Below, one piece after another: positions 30,086 through 38,924 of a stretch of DNA of 64,000 bases. Every line of letters starts with the position of its first letter. Within the stretch, counting starts at the first letter, position 1. The notes under the pieces were generated by a model. The model saw nothing but the letters and a program-made list of their open reading frames with translations. It had not been told where the DNA came from and ran no database searches. This stretch comes from an uncultured Eubacteriales bacterium (GTDB taxonomy: Bacteria; Bacillota_I; Bacilli_A; RFN20; JAISJY01). Location of the stretch: the NCBI GenBank assembly GCA_964646425.1, contig CAZYEI010000001.1:4731-68730 (forward strand), read 5' to 3'. The translations under genes were made by a program, and so were the position numbers.

Positions 30086-30157
30086 GATATAATTGAATAA
30101 AAAAATACGCTACTTAATATTTTTTTATCTATTATTCAAAATATTTTTTACATTAAT

Positions 30158-30186
30158 ATTATATTAAATATTGTAAGCGGTGTCAA
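30158..30186 (-). promoter_or_regulatory. Consensus sigma-A promoter (TTGACA-17-TATAAT) for the polysaccharide-utilisation operon
   Basis: On the minus strand, TTGACA (30186..30181), a 17-nt spacer and TATAAT (30163..30158) form the promoter. It implies a 5'UTR of about 100 nt that contains the palindrome. Confidence 0.55.
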
Positions 30187-30310
30187 CTAAATTAAAATCA
30201 AAATAATAAATACTTTTTTATATTATAAAAAGTAATATTCTTTTAATTATTTTTTTAATAAAAAAATATCACGAAAAATTACATTTTTTTATAATTTAAA
30301 TCGTAAAATA

Positions 30311-30339
30311 TTGAGTTTTAGATTACATCATTATATAAT
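30311..30339 (+). promoter_or_regulatory. Candidate promoter for the PAP2 gene (TTGAGT-17-TATAAT)
   Basis: TTGAGT at 30311..30316 and TATAAT at 30334..30339, with a 17-nt spacer. Confidence 0.4.
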
Positions 30340-30355
30340 AAATTAGGTGATTTTT

Positions 30356-31069
30356 ATGAAAAATTTTATTAAAAAATATTTTCCAGTTGAAGCATTAATT
30401 CCTCTTGCATTTATTTTAATTGTACAATGTATTTGCTACTATACTCCAAAATTATTCGTTGAAATGGGATGGTATATCAAAATTTTTGATTTTACAACAC
30501 AATTTGATATTGATACACCATGGATTCCTGAATTCATTGTTATTTATGTCGGTTGTTTCTTATTCTGGTTTTTTGGTATTTTTGTAGCCTACCGTGTAAA
30601 AAACAAAAAAATACCTTATGATGCTGTATTATCACTAATTATTTGTCATTTTGTTTGTTTAATTATCTATCTATTAATGCCTACAACTACCAACATTAGA
30701 CCTGATATGACAAATTACACCGGAAATAATGTTTTTAAATTATTATGTAAATTAATTTATTCAACCGATTCACCTTATAATTTATTTCCAAGCATGCATG
30801 TTACAGTTACTTGGTTTTGCTATATTGCGATTAGAGGACAAAAAGATATATCCTTAAAATATCGTATTTTTTCCTTGCTATTCAGTTTTGCAATTTTTGC
30901 ATCAATTCTTTTCACAAAGCAACATTATGTTTTAGACATTCTACCAAGTATTATTTTATGTGAAATTATTTATTTCATTGTTAAAAAAACAAATATTTCT
31001 GTTAAATTCAAAAATATTTGTTTTAAAATAAATAACTTAATTGGTTTTGAAAAATTTATTACAAAATAA
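30356..31069 (+). CDS. PAP2-family (phosphatidic acid phosphatase type 2 / undecaprenyl-PP phosphatase-like) membrane protein
   Basis: The protein is polytopic and carries the PAP2 motifs RPD, PSMHV and QHYVLD. I placed the start at the ATG 30356 (MKNFIKK...), which has the Shine-Dalgarno sequence AGGTGA. Confidence 0.65.
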   Translation: MKNFIKKYFPVEALIPLAFILIVQCICYYTPKLFVEMGWYIKIFDFTTQFDIDTPWIPEFIVIYVGCFLFWFFGIFVAYRVKNKKIPYDAVLSLIICHFVCLIIYLLMPTTTNIRPDMTNYTGNNVFKLLCKLIYSTDSPYNLFPSMHVTVTWFCYIAIRGQKDISLKYRIFSLLFSFAIFASILFTKQHYVLDILPSIILCEIIYFIVKKTNISVKFKNICFKINNLIGFEKFITK

Positions 31070-31092
31070 TTTTTATGTTATATATAATTATT

Positions 31093-31125
31093 GCAGTCTT
31101 TCATAAGACTGCTTTTTTATTTTTT
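31093..31125 (+). terminator. Intrinsic terminator after the PAP2 gene
   Basis: A hairpin GCAGTCTT-tcat-AAGACTGC is followed by TTTTTTATTTTTT. Confidence 0.7.
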
Positions 31126-31259
31126 AATAAAAAAAGCCAAGAAGATTATTATTTCTCTTGGTTTTATCATACGAAAATCTCATAATAAAAACCCCTAAAT
31201 TTTTCTAACTAAATTTAATTTGTTATCCAAACTTCAAGGGGTAATACTTAATTATATTT

Positions 31260-31388
31260 TTAAAATAATAATTTTATAATAACATAAACCAAATAAACAC
31301 CAATCAATAAATTAATAAATAATAATAAATAATTTTGTCTTTTTAACGCAAGTTTTCTTCTTACATTATCTTCTTCTTTTTTTGCCAT
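31260..31388 (-). CDS. Possible small single-TM protein (42 aa) translationally coupled to asnS
   Basis: The ATG lies 2 nt after the asnS stop, in the arrangement TAATAATG. The product MAKKEEDNVRRKLALKRQNYLLLFINLLIGVYLVYVIIKLLF has a basic N-terminus followed by one hydrophobic helix. The region is AT-rich, so the ORF could be spurious. Confidence 0.2.
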   Translation of the reverse strand: MAKKEEDNVRRKLALKRQNYLLLFINLLIGVYLVYVIIKLLF

Positions 31389-31390
31389 TA

Positions 31391-32788
31391 TTAATACATT
31401 AAATTTTTAGGTGTTCTTGGGAATGGTAAGACATCACGAATGTTTTGCATGCCTGTAATATACATTAAAAATCTTTCAAAGCCAAGTCCAAATCCTGCAT
31501 GCTTGCAACCACCATATTTTCTTAATTGAAGATACCAATCATATCCATCAAGTTTCATTCCTAATTCTTCCATACGTTTAACTAATAAGTCATATCTTTC
31601 TTCTCTTTGAGAACCACCTATTAATTCTCCAACTGTAGGAACTAATAAATCACAAGCAGCAACTGTTTTTCCATCGGCATTTTGGCGCATGTAGAAAGCT
31701 TTAATATCTTTTGGATAATCAATTAAAAACATAGGTCCTTTAGCTATTTGTTCACATAAATATCTCTCGTGTTCAGATTGCAAATCCATTCCCCAATAAA
31801 TATTTTTATTTTCAAATTGATGTCCTTCTTCAACAGCTTTTTGTAATAATTCAATTCCACGAGTGTATGTCATTTTAACAAAATCACTATTTACAACATG
31901 ATCCAATCTTTCTAATAATGTTTTATCAATCATTGAGTTAAAGAAATTCATTTCTTCTTCACAGTTTTCTCTTACATAATTTATGCAAAACTTAACCATA
32001 TCTTCTGCCAAATCCATATCATCTTCTAAATCAGCAAAAGCAATTTCAGGTTCAATCATCCAAAATTCAGCAGCATGTCTTAGGGTATTAGAATTTTCAG
32101 CTCTAAATGTTGGGCCAAAAGTATATACATCACGATAAGCAAGAGCAAATGCTTCAGCCTCAAGTTGACCAGAAACCGTTAAACTAGCATGTTTACCGAA
32201 AAAGTCTTCTTCATAATTTCCATCATTTCTTGTTGTTACTGTAAACGCTTCTCCTGCACCCTCAGCATCATTTCCTGTAATTATTGGAGCATGAACATAA
32301 ATGAAACCTTGTGATTGAAAGAACTCATGAATTGCCATAGATAAAACACTTCTTACTCTAAACACAGCACTAAAAGTATTTGTACGAGGTCTTAAATGAG
32401 CAATATCTCTTAAAAATTCAAAACTATGGCGTTTCTTTTGTAAAGGATAATCATTATCACAAGTACCTTCAACTTCTAATTCAGTAACTTGAATCTCAAA
32501 AGGTTGTCTATTTTCTGGAGTATATACATATTTTCCAACAACTCTAATAGCAAAACCTGTATTACATTTTCCAGCTTCTAAAAAATTACTTAATGTTGAG
32601 TTATAAACTAACTGAGCATTTTTAAAATAAGTTCCATCATTTAATTCAATAAAACCTAACGAACCATTATTACGATTAGTACGCACCCAACCTTCAATTT
32701 CAACATATTCAAGTGCGTCAATTTCCATTTGAGAACCATTTTTTGATATTTCATATAATTCTCTAATAGTCATAAATTCTAATCCCAT
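31391..32788 (-). CDS. asnS: Asparagine--tRNA ligase
   Basis: The 465-aa product has a class IIb aaRS architecture, the motif-3 region [15 protein letters not shown] and a C-terminal ...[12 protein letters not shown] typical of AsnRS. Confidence 0.85.
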   Translation of the reverse strand: MGLEFMTIRELYEISKNGSQMEIDALEYVEIEGWVRTNRNNGSLGFIELNDGTYFKNAQLVYNSTLSNFLEAGKCNTGFAIRVVGKYVYTPENRQPFEIQVTELEVEGTCDNDYPLQKKRHSFEFLRDIAHLRPRTNTFSAVFRVRSVLSMAIHEFFQSQGFIYVHAPIITGNDAEGAGEAFTVTTRNDGNYEEDFFGKHASLTVSGQLEAEAFALAYRDVYTFGPTFRAENSNTLRHAAEFWMIEPEIAFADLEDDMDLAEDMVKFCINYVRENCEEEMNFFNSMIDKTLLERLDHVVNSDFVKMTYTRGIELLQKAVEEGHQFENKNIYWGMDLQSEHERYLCEQIAKGPMFLIDYPKDIKAFYMRQNADGKTVAACDLLVPTVGELIGGSQREERYDLLVKRMEELGMKLDGYDWYLQLRKYGGCKHAGFGLGFERFLMYITGMQNIRDVLPFPRTPKNLMY

Positions 32789-32794
32789 AAAATT

Positions 32795-33015
32795 TCCCCC
32801 TTAATTATAAAAAAAGCATAATTTTAGAACGAAAAAACATCGTGCCATCTAGAATTCGCTTTCTTATAGTATCTTTAACGCAGATATACGATTAAGCTCA
32901 AAAAGTGTTTGCAAATAAAATAATCATGTTTCTTTTTCACCATAAACAAGAACTCTCTAGGCACTTTCTAATTACTGCTTGCTTTTTTCATCGCTTAGAA
33001 TAAATATCTAACTGG
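32795..33015 (-). promoter_or_regulatory. Putative T-box leader (tRNA-Asn specific) upstream of asnS
   Basis: The leader is about 220 nt long. It contains a stem-I-like GCGAUGA...AGCAGUAAUU (AGUA box) and AGAGAG, a candidate specifier GAAACA (AAC = Asn), and a degenerate T-box sequence AAUUCUAGAUGGCACG whose UGGC would pair with an NCCA end carrying a G discriminator. A U-run precedes the RBS. Confidence 0.45.
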
Positions 33016-33021
33016 CTTTAT

Positions 33022-33050
33022 TATAGTAATTTAATTTATTTTTTTCAAGT
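33022..33050 (-). promoter_or_regulatory. Promoter of the asnS leader (TTGAAA-17-TATAAT)
   Basis: On the minus strand, TTGAAA (33050..33045), a 17-nt spacer and TATAAT (33027..33022). Confidence 0.55.
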
Positions 33051-33131
33051 CTAAACATACATTTATTAGTCTTTTTTAATTGAATTTCTTTTAAAACAAG
33101 TGTAATATTATGATGAATTGAGGTAGATAAG

Positions 33132-33614
33132 ATGAAAAGACAAGCAATATATCCTGGTAGTTTTGATCCAATTACACTTGGACACGTTGATATTATCGAA
33201 AGAGCAGCGCAATTATTTGACCATATCTATGTGGTAATAAGTTTAAATTCCAATAAAACATCACCCTTCTTTTCATTAGAAGAAAGAATTAATCTTGCTA
33301 AATTAAGTTTAGCACATATTCCAAACGTTACCGTAGATTGTCATAAAGGCTTTGTTTATCAATATGCACTTGAACATGATTGTTGTGCTATTATTAGAGG
33401 ACTTAGAACTCTAACTGATTATCAAAGTGAAAATCAACTTTTTGATTTCAATTATCGCTTATCAAATAAAAAAATAGATACTGTCGCTTTATTCGCCGAT
33501 TCAAAACATGTTTTCTTATCGAGTTCAAGTGTTAAAGAAATATTAACATTTGGTGGAGATATTTCGCCATATGTGCCAAAAGTCATTTTACCATACATAC
33601 ATGAAAAAAAATAA
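33132..33614 (+). CDS. coaD: Phosphopantetheine adenylyltransferase
   Basis: The N-terminus AIYPGSFDPITLGHVDII carries the HxGH-type nucleotidyltransferase motif. The product is 160 aa. Confidence 0.9.
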   Translation: MKRQAIYPGSFDPITLGHVDIIERAAQLFDHIYVVISLNSNKTSPFFSLEERINLAKLSLAHIPNVTVDCHKGFVYQYALEHDCCAIIRGLRTLTDYQSENQLFDFNYRLSNKKIDTVALFADSKHVFLSSSSVKEILTFGGDISPYVPKVILPYIHEKK

Positions 33615-33634
33615 ACTTAATTATCTTGTGCTTA

Positions 33635-33669
33635 AAAAGGAATGAAATCCGATTTTCATTCCTTTTTTA
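33635..33669. terminator. Bidirectional intrinsic terminator between coaD and the convergent 148-aa gene
   Basis: A hairpin AAGGAATGAAA-tccgat-TTTCATTCCTT is flanked by an A-run on one side and a T-run on the other. Confidence 0.65.
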
Positions 33670-33712
33670 CTAATTAAATTTCATTATTTCAAAGAGCAAA
33701 TACAATAAAATT

Positions 33713-34159
33713 TTATTTTGAATCTAAAAAATCCATATTTGTTTGATATAAACTCATTCTTTCAATCGGAGTTAAATGCAGAAAACTAGTTATTAAAACA
33801 CTAGCTTCCTTATCAATCGAATTTAAGATTTCCCTTATTCGTAATATATCATCTTGATAATGACTATAAATATATGAACTTAAACGATAAATATCTTTAT
33901 TAGTTAAATATTCTTCAAATATTTCTTTTTTTTCTTCTAAATTTTCTAATGCTTCTTCATCAAATTGTGCCAATAATACTGCAGCTCTATTTTTTTCTTC
34001 TATATATGCATTTAATAACCGATAAATACTATTTCTTGTTTCACTAACCTTATCATCTAATTTATTCAATAATACTTTTAAAAAAGTAATATCCTCATTT
34101 AAACTGATATTAAGATTTTTTAAAAACAATATTTTTGCTTCGTCATTCATAAAATTCAA
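33713..34159 (-). CDS. Hypothetical all-helical cytoplasmic protein
   Basis: A 148-aa acidic protein with no recognisable motif. Confidence 0.4.
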   Translation of the reverse strand: MNFMNDEAKILFLKNLNISLNEDITFLKVLLNKLDDKVSETRNSIYRLLNAYIEEKNRAAVLLAQFDEEALENLEEKKEIFEEYLTNKDIYRLSSYIYSHYQDDILRIREILNSIDKEASVLITSFLHLTPIERMSLYQTNMDFLDSK

Positions 34160-34196
34160 CTTCTTTCAATAAATATTATGAACGCATAAATTAAAT

Positions 34197-34841
34197 TTAT
34201 TCTACTAATTTTCTCCATGTATTACATCCAACTATTCCATCAACTATTAATCCATTATTTCTTTGATATGATTTTATTGCTTGTAAAGTAGCATTTCCAA
34301 CTATACCATCCATCGAAATATTGTAATTATTATTTGCAAGAATTTCCTGAAGAACAAAAATATAATTTCCTTTACTTCCATTTTTTAAAGTCGGATAGCC
34401 AGCCCCACAAGCTGCTTTGCCATATCTTTTATCAATATGAATCCACCTAGGTGTCATACTTATCGGTTCAACATATGACCATATCCCCATTTTCACTGCT
34501 AAGTTTCGAAGTTTTTTTCTTTGTGAAGATGTTAAATTTTGAGCAATGTCTAAAGCTGTCCCTGCATAATGTTGACTTTGTGAAGCATGGCCACCACGAG
34601 TTATTCTTTGAAAAGCAAAGCCAACATAAATTGGACTTCCCCATTTTGCTCTAAATTTATTAAATGCTTCCATTGTTTGTTTACTTGTCCACAAAACATT
34701 AGAATTACTGCTTCCTCTAAACTCTTTAACAGATAAATACTTATTTTTAATATATGGCATTTGATCAGTTAAATTTTTATTATATCTTTGAATTTTTTGT
34801 GTTACTTCATCATAAACATATATAATCATAGTTATATTCAC
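34197..34841 (-). CDS. Peptidase M15 (VanY/DUF882-like zinc D,D- or L,D-peptidase) with a C-terminal PG_binding_1 domain. It has an endolysin-like architecture and no signal peptide.
   Basis: The metal-site region GGHASQSQHYAGTALDI...WIHID is typical of Peptidase_M15_3. The C-terminus LQEILANNNYNISMDGIVGNATLQAIKSYQRNNGLIVDGIVGCNTWRKL is a typical peptidoglycan-binding repeat. Confidence 0.65.
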   Translation of the reverse strand: MNITMIIYVYDEVTQKIQRYNKNLTDQMPYIKNKYLSVKEFRGSSNSNVLWTSKQTMEAFNKFRAKWGSPIYVGFAFQRITRGGHASQSQHYAGTALDIAQNLTSSQRKKLRNLAVKMGIWSYVEPISMTPRWIHIDKRYGKAACGAGYPTLKNGSKGNYIFVLQEILANNNYNISMDGIVGNATLQAIKSYQRNNGLIVDGIVGCNTWRKLVE

Positions 34842-34877
34842 CCTAATTAGTATATGAATAAAAAAAGAATATGTGCT

Positions 34878-36125
34878 TTATTCAATCACATATTCTTCAT
34901 ATTGACTTTTAAGATAAGATGGTCCAAAAAGCCTAATCATAATTCCTTCATTATCTTCAATTCTACTTGTTATGCAATATGCATCATTAATTTTATAATA
35001 ATCTTGAATTTTCTGATAAGGAATGTATAGGCTTAATCTAATATAATCTTTAAAAATATGTTTTTTAATTTCATTAATTAGTGGAAATAAATTATTATCT
35101 TTTAATGCACTCATACTAATCATATTTTGATATAAACTATAATCTTTATCATATTGGATATCAGCCTTATTAAAAACAAATATAACCGGAATATCTTCAA
35201 CCCCTAGTTCTTGTAATGTCGTTACTGTTACTTCTAATTGATTTTCAATATTTGCATCACTTGAATCGACCACAATAATCAATAAATCAGAATCTAGAGC
35301 TTCTTCAAGGGTTGATCTAAATGCATTTACTAAGAAAGTTGGCAAGTTAGAAATAAAACCTACTGTATCTTTTAAAATAAAGTTTAAATTTTGTGGTAAT
35401 GTTATTTTTCGAGAATATGTTTCTAATGTTGCAAATAACATATCTTTTTGAATAACCGTTTTTTCATTATTTGCTCCATATTCTTTTACAAAACGATTCA
35501 TAATTGTTGATTTTCCTGAATTTGTATAACCCACAAGTGTAACTTGAGGTATTTCATTTTTTCCTCTGCGTTTTCTAATATTAGTTCTATTTTTCTTTAT
35601 ATTTTCAAGTTCAAGTTGGTAACGATAAATTTGACGTCTTAATCTATTTTTTAATAATTGTGTTTGTTTTTCTCCTTCACCCTTATTTTTTACTCCACCA
35701 CCGACTTGCTGATTGTAATTAGCTTTTTCATCTCTAAGACGAGGTAATTCATATTGTAATTTAGCAATTTGAATTTGTAATTTTGCTTCATATGTAGTAG
35801 CACGTAGTTTAAAGATTTCTAAAATCAAACCTGTTCTATCTAATAATTCACAAGTTATTTTAGCACTTATATTACTATATTGTGCTGGTGTTAATTCATT
35901 ATCAAAAATTACTATATCAACATTATAAAAATTAATTGCAGCACACAATTCATCCATCTTGCCTTGACCAATATAATATTGTTCATTTATTTGTTTAATG
36001 TTTTGAATAAATTCCCCTACAATTTTATAATTCATACTTTCAGTCATTCTTCTTAATTCTTGAAACGAATAATTAAATTGAGAATTATTTAAATTGGCCC
36101 CAACTATTAATGCTCTTTGATTCAT
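34878..36125 (-). CDS. hflX: GTPase HflX
   Basis: The HflX N-terminal domain and glycine-rich segment are present, with the G1 motif GYTNSGKST, G3 DTVGF and G4 NKAD. Confidence 0.85.
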   Translation of the reverse strand: MNQRALIVGANLNNSQFNYSFQELRRMTESMNYKIVGEFIQNIKQINEQYYIGQGKMDELCAAINFYNVDIVIFDNELTPAQYSNISAKITCELLDRTGLILEIFKLRATTYEAKLQIQIAKLQYELPRLRDEKANYNQQVGGGVKNKGEGEKQTQLLKNRLRRQIYRYQLELENIKKNRTNIRKRRGKNEIPQVTLVGYTNSGKSTIMNRFVKEYGANNEKTVIQKDMLFATLETYSRKITLPQNLNFILKDTVGFISNLPTFLVNAFRSTLEEALDSDLLIIVVDSSDANIENQLEVTVTTLQELGVEDIPVIFVFNKADIQYDKDYSLYQNMISMSALKDNNLFPLINEIKKHIFKDYIRLSLYIPYQKIQDYYKINDAYCITSRIEDNEGIMIRLFGPSYLKSQYEEYVIE

Positions 36126-36134
36126 ATATCTCTA

Positions 36135-36185
36135 CTTCCTTTCATAATAAATAAGAAGTGATAAATATAAAATCTATCACTTTGC
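36135..36185 (-). terminator. Probable intrinsic terminator after the acyltransferase gene
   Basis: On the minus strand, the hairpin AGUGAUAGAUUUUAUAUUUAUCACUU is followed by CUUAUUUAUU. Confidence 0.4.
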
Positions 36186-36188
36186 ATT

Positions 36189-36947
36189 TTATTTAGAATA
36201 AGGATAATTTTTTTTACCAACATTATTATACGGAACAACCTTATGTCGAGGTAATTCTTGCGCAAGTCTTGTTATTTCACCTTGCAAATATTCACAAATA
36301 ACTTTTCTTTGTTCATTTATATCCATTTCAGGATTATACTCGATTGGTTTTCCAAATATAACTTCCTTTAATTTCGCAGCATTATATGTAGGAATAAATT
36401 TAAGTTTTTTACCAGTTTTCTTATAATAAAGCCTAGCCACATCTATAAATTTATTTTGAAATTCGTTAACTATATTATTATATGTTGCAGGACATTCTGG
36501 AAAAATAACAATATTAGCTCCTTCTTCTAACTTTTCTATAGTTTCTCGATATGTTGCCATTAATCTAACATCTTTATAAACTGCAATAGTATCTGCTTGA
36601 TTTAAAACATATGATGCAAGTGGAGCAATAAGATAAGATATAATTTTAAACAACCACTTAATATATTTAGGCTTCATGCTCCAAAAATCTTTATAAGCAT
36701 AAGCAGGCACTTCTTTGCATTTCATCATTTCGCCGATACACCAAATATATTTCTTTTTTGGAAAAAAAAGTTCACTGGCAAGTGGTCCATTCATCTGAGC
36801 ATGATTACCAACATAAATCGCAGGTTCTTCAGGCATATATTCTAGTCCCTTATATTCTCTTTTACGATAAAAAATGCCACATAATCTTCTTAGGAATTTA
36901 AAAAATAATCCTTTTTTCTTTGTTTCACTATATTTGCTCATTTTCAA
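36189..36947 (-). CDS. Acyltransferase-like protein (PlsC/LPLAT family candidate)
   Basis: The 252-aa product has a GNHAQMNGP segment resembling the NHxxxxD acyltransferase motif and a basic N-terminus. Confidence 0.4.
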   Translation of the reverse strand: MKMSKYSETKKKGLFFKFLRRLCGIFYRKREYKGLEYMPEEPAIYVGNHAQMNGPLASELFFPKKKYIWCIGEMMKCKEVPAYAYKDFWSMKPKYIKWLFKIISYLIAPLASYVLNQADTIAVYKDVRLMATYRETIEKLEEGANIVIFPECPATYNNIVNEFQNKFIDVARLYYKKTGKKLKFIPTYNAAKLKEVIFGKPIEYNPEMDINEQRKVICEYLQGEITRLAQELPRHKVVPYNNVGKKNYPYSK

Positions 36948-37070
36948 TCACCATTTTAATTATAATCATTTAATGACTTTTTTTCTATATAATTACTCTA
37001 AAATATATTATTTTTATTGAAAATAACATTATATTTAGATAATATTATAATATTAGAAAAGGAGATAAAT

Positions 37071-38834
37071 ATGAAAAACTCATGGAATTTAACACATTTA
37101 TTTAAAAATGACAACGATTGGAAAACTGCGCTTGATTTACTATCACCTATGATTGAAAAAATCGCAACATTTAAAGGGAAATTAGAAAATGATGATGATT
37201 TTCATTCACTTTTACTTTTAGATTTAGAAATATCTAATATAATAGAGCCAGTTTTTTCATATGCTCATTTAGCACATGATTTAAATACCAAAGATGTTTC
37301 TTTAACACAAAAAATGCAACAAGCCTACATTGCTTATCTTAAATATGAAGAAGCAACAAGTTGGGTTACACCTGAAATTATTTCACTTGGTAAAGATAAA
37401 GTTTTTGAAGTAATTAATAAATATGAAGATTTACATCAATTTAAATTTTATATTGAAAAAATATTTCATAATCAAGAACATATTTTGGATGATGAAAAAG
37501 AATTAATAATTGCAAACTTTAATAATATAACAAGTGGCAGTGATATGTATACTGCTCTTGCTGTTGCCGATCACAATAATAAAAGTATTAAACTAAGTGA
37601 TGGAAAAAAATACAAAATAACTCATGGTAATTTTAGAGGTCTTCTTGCTGAGTTAAAAGAAGATAAAGATCGTCGAAAAGTACTAGGCACAATTTTTAAA
37701 GATTACGAAAAATATAAAAATACATACGCTGCAATTTATACCAATGTAATGAAATCAGAATGGGCTAATGCAAAATCTCGTGGCTTCTCATCAGTTCTAG
37801 AAAGCAAACTATTTGTTAAAAATATCCCAACTTCAGTTTTTCTTTCATTGATAAATACAACAAGAAACAATACTGAACCAGTAAAAAGATATTACAAATT
37901 ACGCAAAAAATATTTTAATTTAAAAGAAATCCATACATATGATAGATTTTTAGAAATGTCAAATTCTAACAAAAAATATTCATACGAAGAAGGAAAAGAA
38001 TTATTCTTTGCATCTTTAAACGGCATGAATGATGAATTTATAAAAAATCAACATCGAGCTAGTGAAGAGGGTTTTGTTGATGTATACGAAAAAGAAGGAA
38101 AAATCACTGGAGCATATTCAAGTGGAATCTATGGAAAACATCCATATATATTACTAAATTATAATAATGACTTAGATAATGTATTTACATTAGCACATGA
38201 AAGTGGCCATTCTGCTCATACCTTATTTTCCAATGAAACCCAATCTTCTATTAACGCAAACTATGCAATTTTTGTTGCTGAAATTGCTTCAACATTTAAC
38301 GAACATAATCTTTTAGATTATATGTTGGCTAATGCAAAAACAAAAAATGAAAAAATTTGTTTATTACAAAAAGCCATCGATGATATTTTAAGCACATATT
38401 ACCGTCAAGCTTTATTTGCAAATTATGAATACGAAGCATTTAAATTAGTTGAAGAAAATAAACCTGTTACAGAAACAGATTTATGTCAAATTATGATTGA
38501 TTTATATAAAGACTATTATGATATCGATATTTCAAAAGAGCCAGGTAAAAAATATATTTGGGCATATATTCCTCATTTATTTAATACCCCATATTATGTA
38601 TATCAATATGCTACATCGTTTAGTGCTTCATTGAAGATTTATGAAAATATTAAGAATAAAGTTCCTAATGCAATGGAAAATTATATAAAAATGCTAAAAG
38701 CTGGTGGTAGCAATTATCCAATTGAAATTGTTAAAATTGCTGGAGTTGATTTAACTACCGAAGCTCCATTTATTGCCGTTGTAAAACGTTTAAATGATTT
38801 AGTTGATCAATTGGAAAAAATTATTAATGAATAA
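37071..38834 (+). CDS. pepF: Oligoendopeptidase F (M3B)
   Basis: The zinc motif HESGHSAH (HExxH) occurs in the M3-type C-terminal half. I placed the start at the ATG 37071 (MKNSWNLTHLF), which has the Shine-Dalgarno sequence AAAGGAG. The ORF-track start at 37017 has no SD. Confidence 0.85.
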   Translation: MKNSWNLTHLFKNDNDWKTALDLLSPMIEKIATFKGKLENDDDFHSLLLLDLEISNIIEPVFSYAHLAHDLNTKDVSLTQKMQQAYIAYLKYEEATSWVTPEIISLGKDKVFEVINKYEDLHQFKFYIEKIFHNQEHILDDEKELIIANFNNITSGSDMYTALAVADHNNKSIKLSDGKKYKITHGNFRGLLAELKEDKDRRKVLGTIFKDYEKYKNTYAAIYTNVMKSEWANAKSRGFSSVLESKLFVKNIPTSVFLSLINTTRNNTEPVKRYYKLRKKYFNLKEIHTYDRFLEMSNSNKKYSYEEGKELFFASLNGMNDEFIKNQHRASEEGFVDVYEKEGKITGAYSSGIYGKHPYILLNYNNDLDNVFTLAHESGHSAHTLFSNETQSSINANYAIFVAEIASTFNEHNLLDYMLANAKTKNEKICLLQKAIDDILSTYYRQALFANYEYEAFKLVEENKPVTETDLCQIMIDLYKDYYDIDISKEPGKKYIWAYIPHLFNTPYYVYQYATSFSASLKIYENIKNKVPNAMENYIKMLKAGGSNYPIEIVKIAGVDLTTEAPFIAVVKRLNDLVDQLEKIINE

Positions 38835-38850
38835 ATAATATCATTACAAT

Positions 38851-38904
38851 AAAAAACATAAATCCAAAATGTCATACTATATAATGGATTTATGTTTTTT
38901 TTAT
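38851..38904. terminator. Bidirectional intrinsic terminator between pepF and the convergent LRR gene
   Basis: A hairpin AACATAAATCCA...TGGATTTATGTT is flanked by an A-run and a T-run. Confidence 0.7.
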
Positions 38905-38924
38905 TAATTTTATCTATCAATCTT

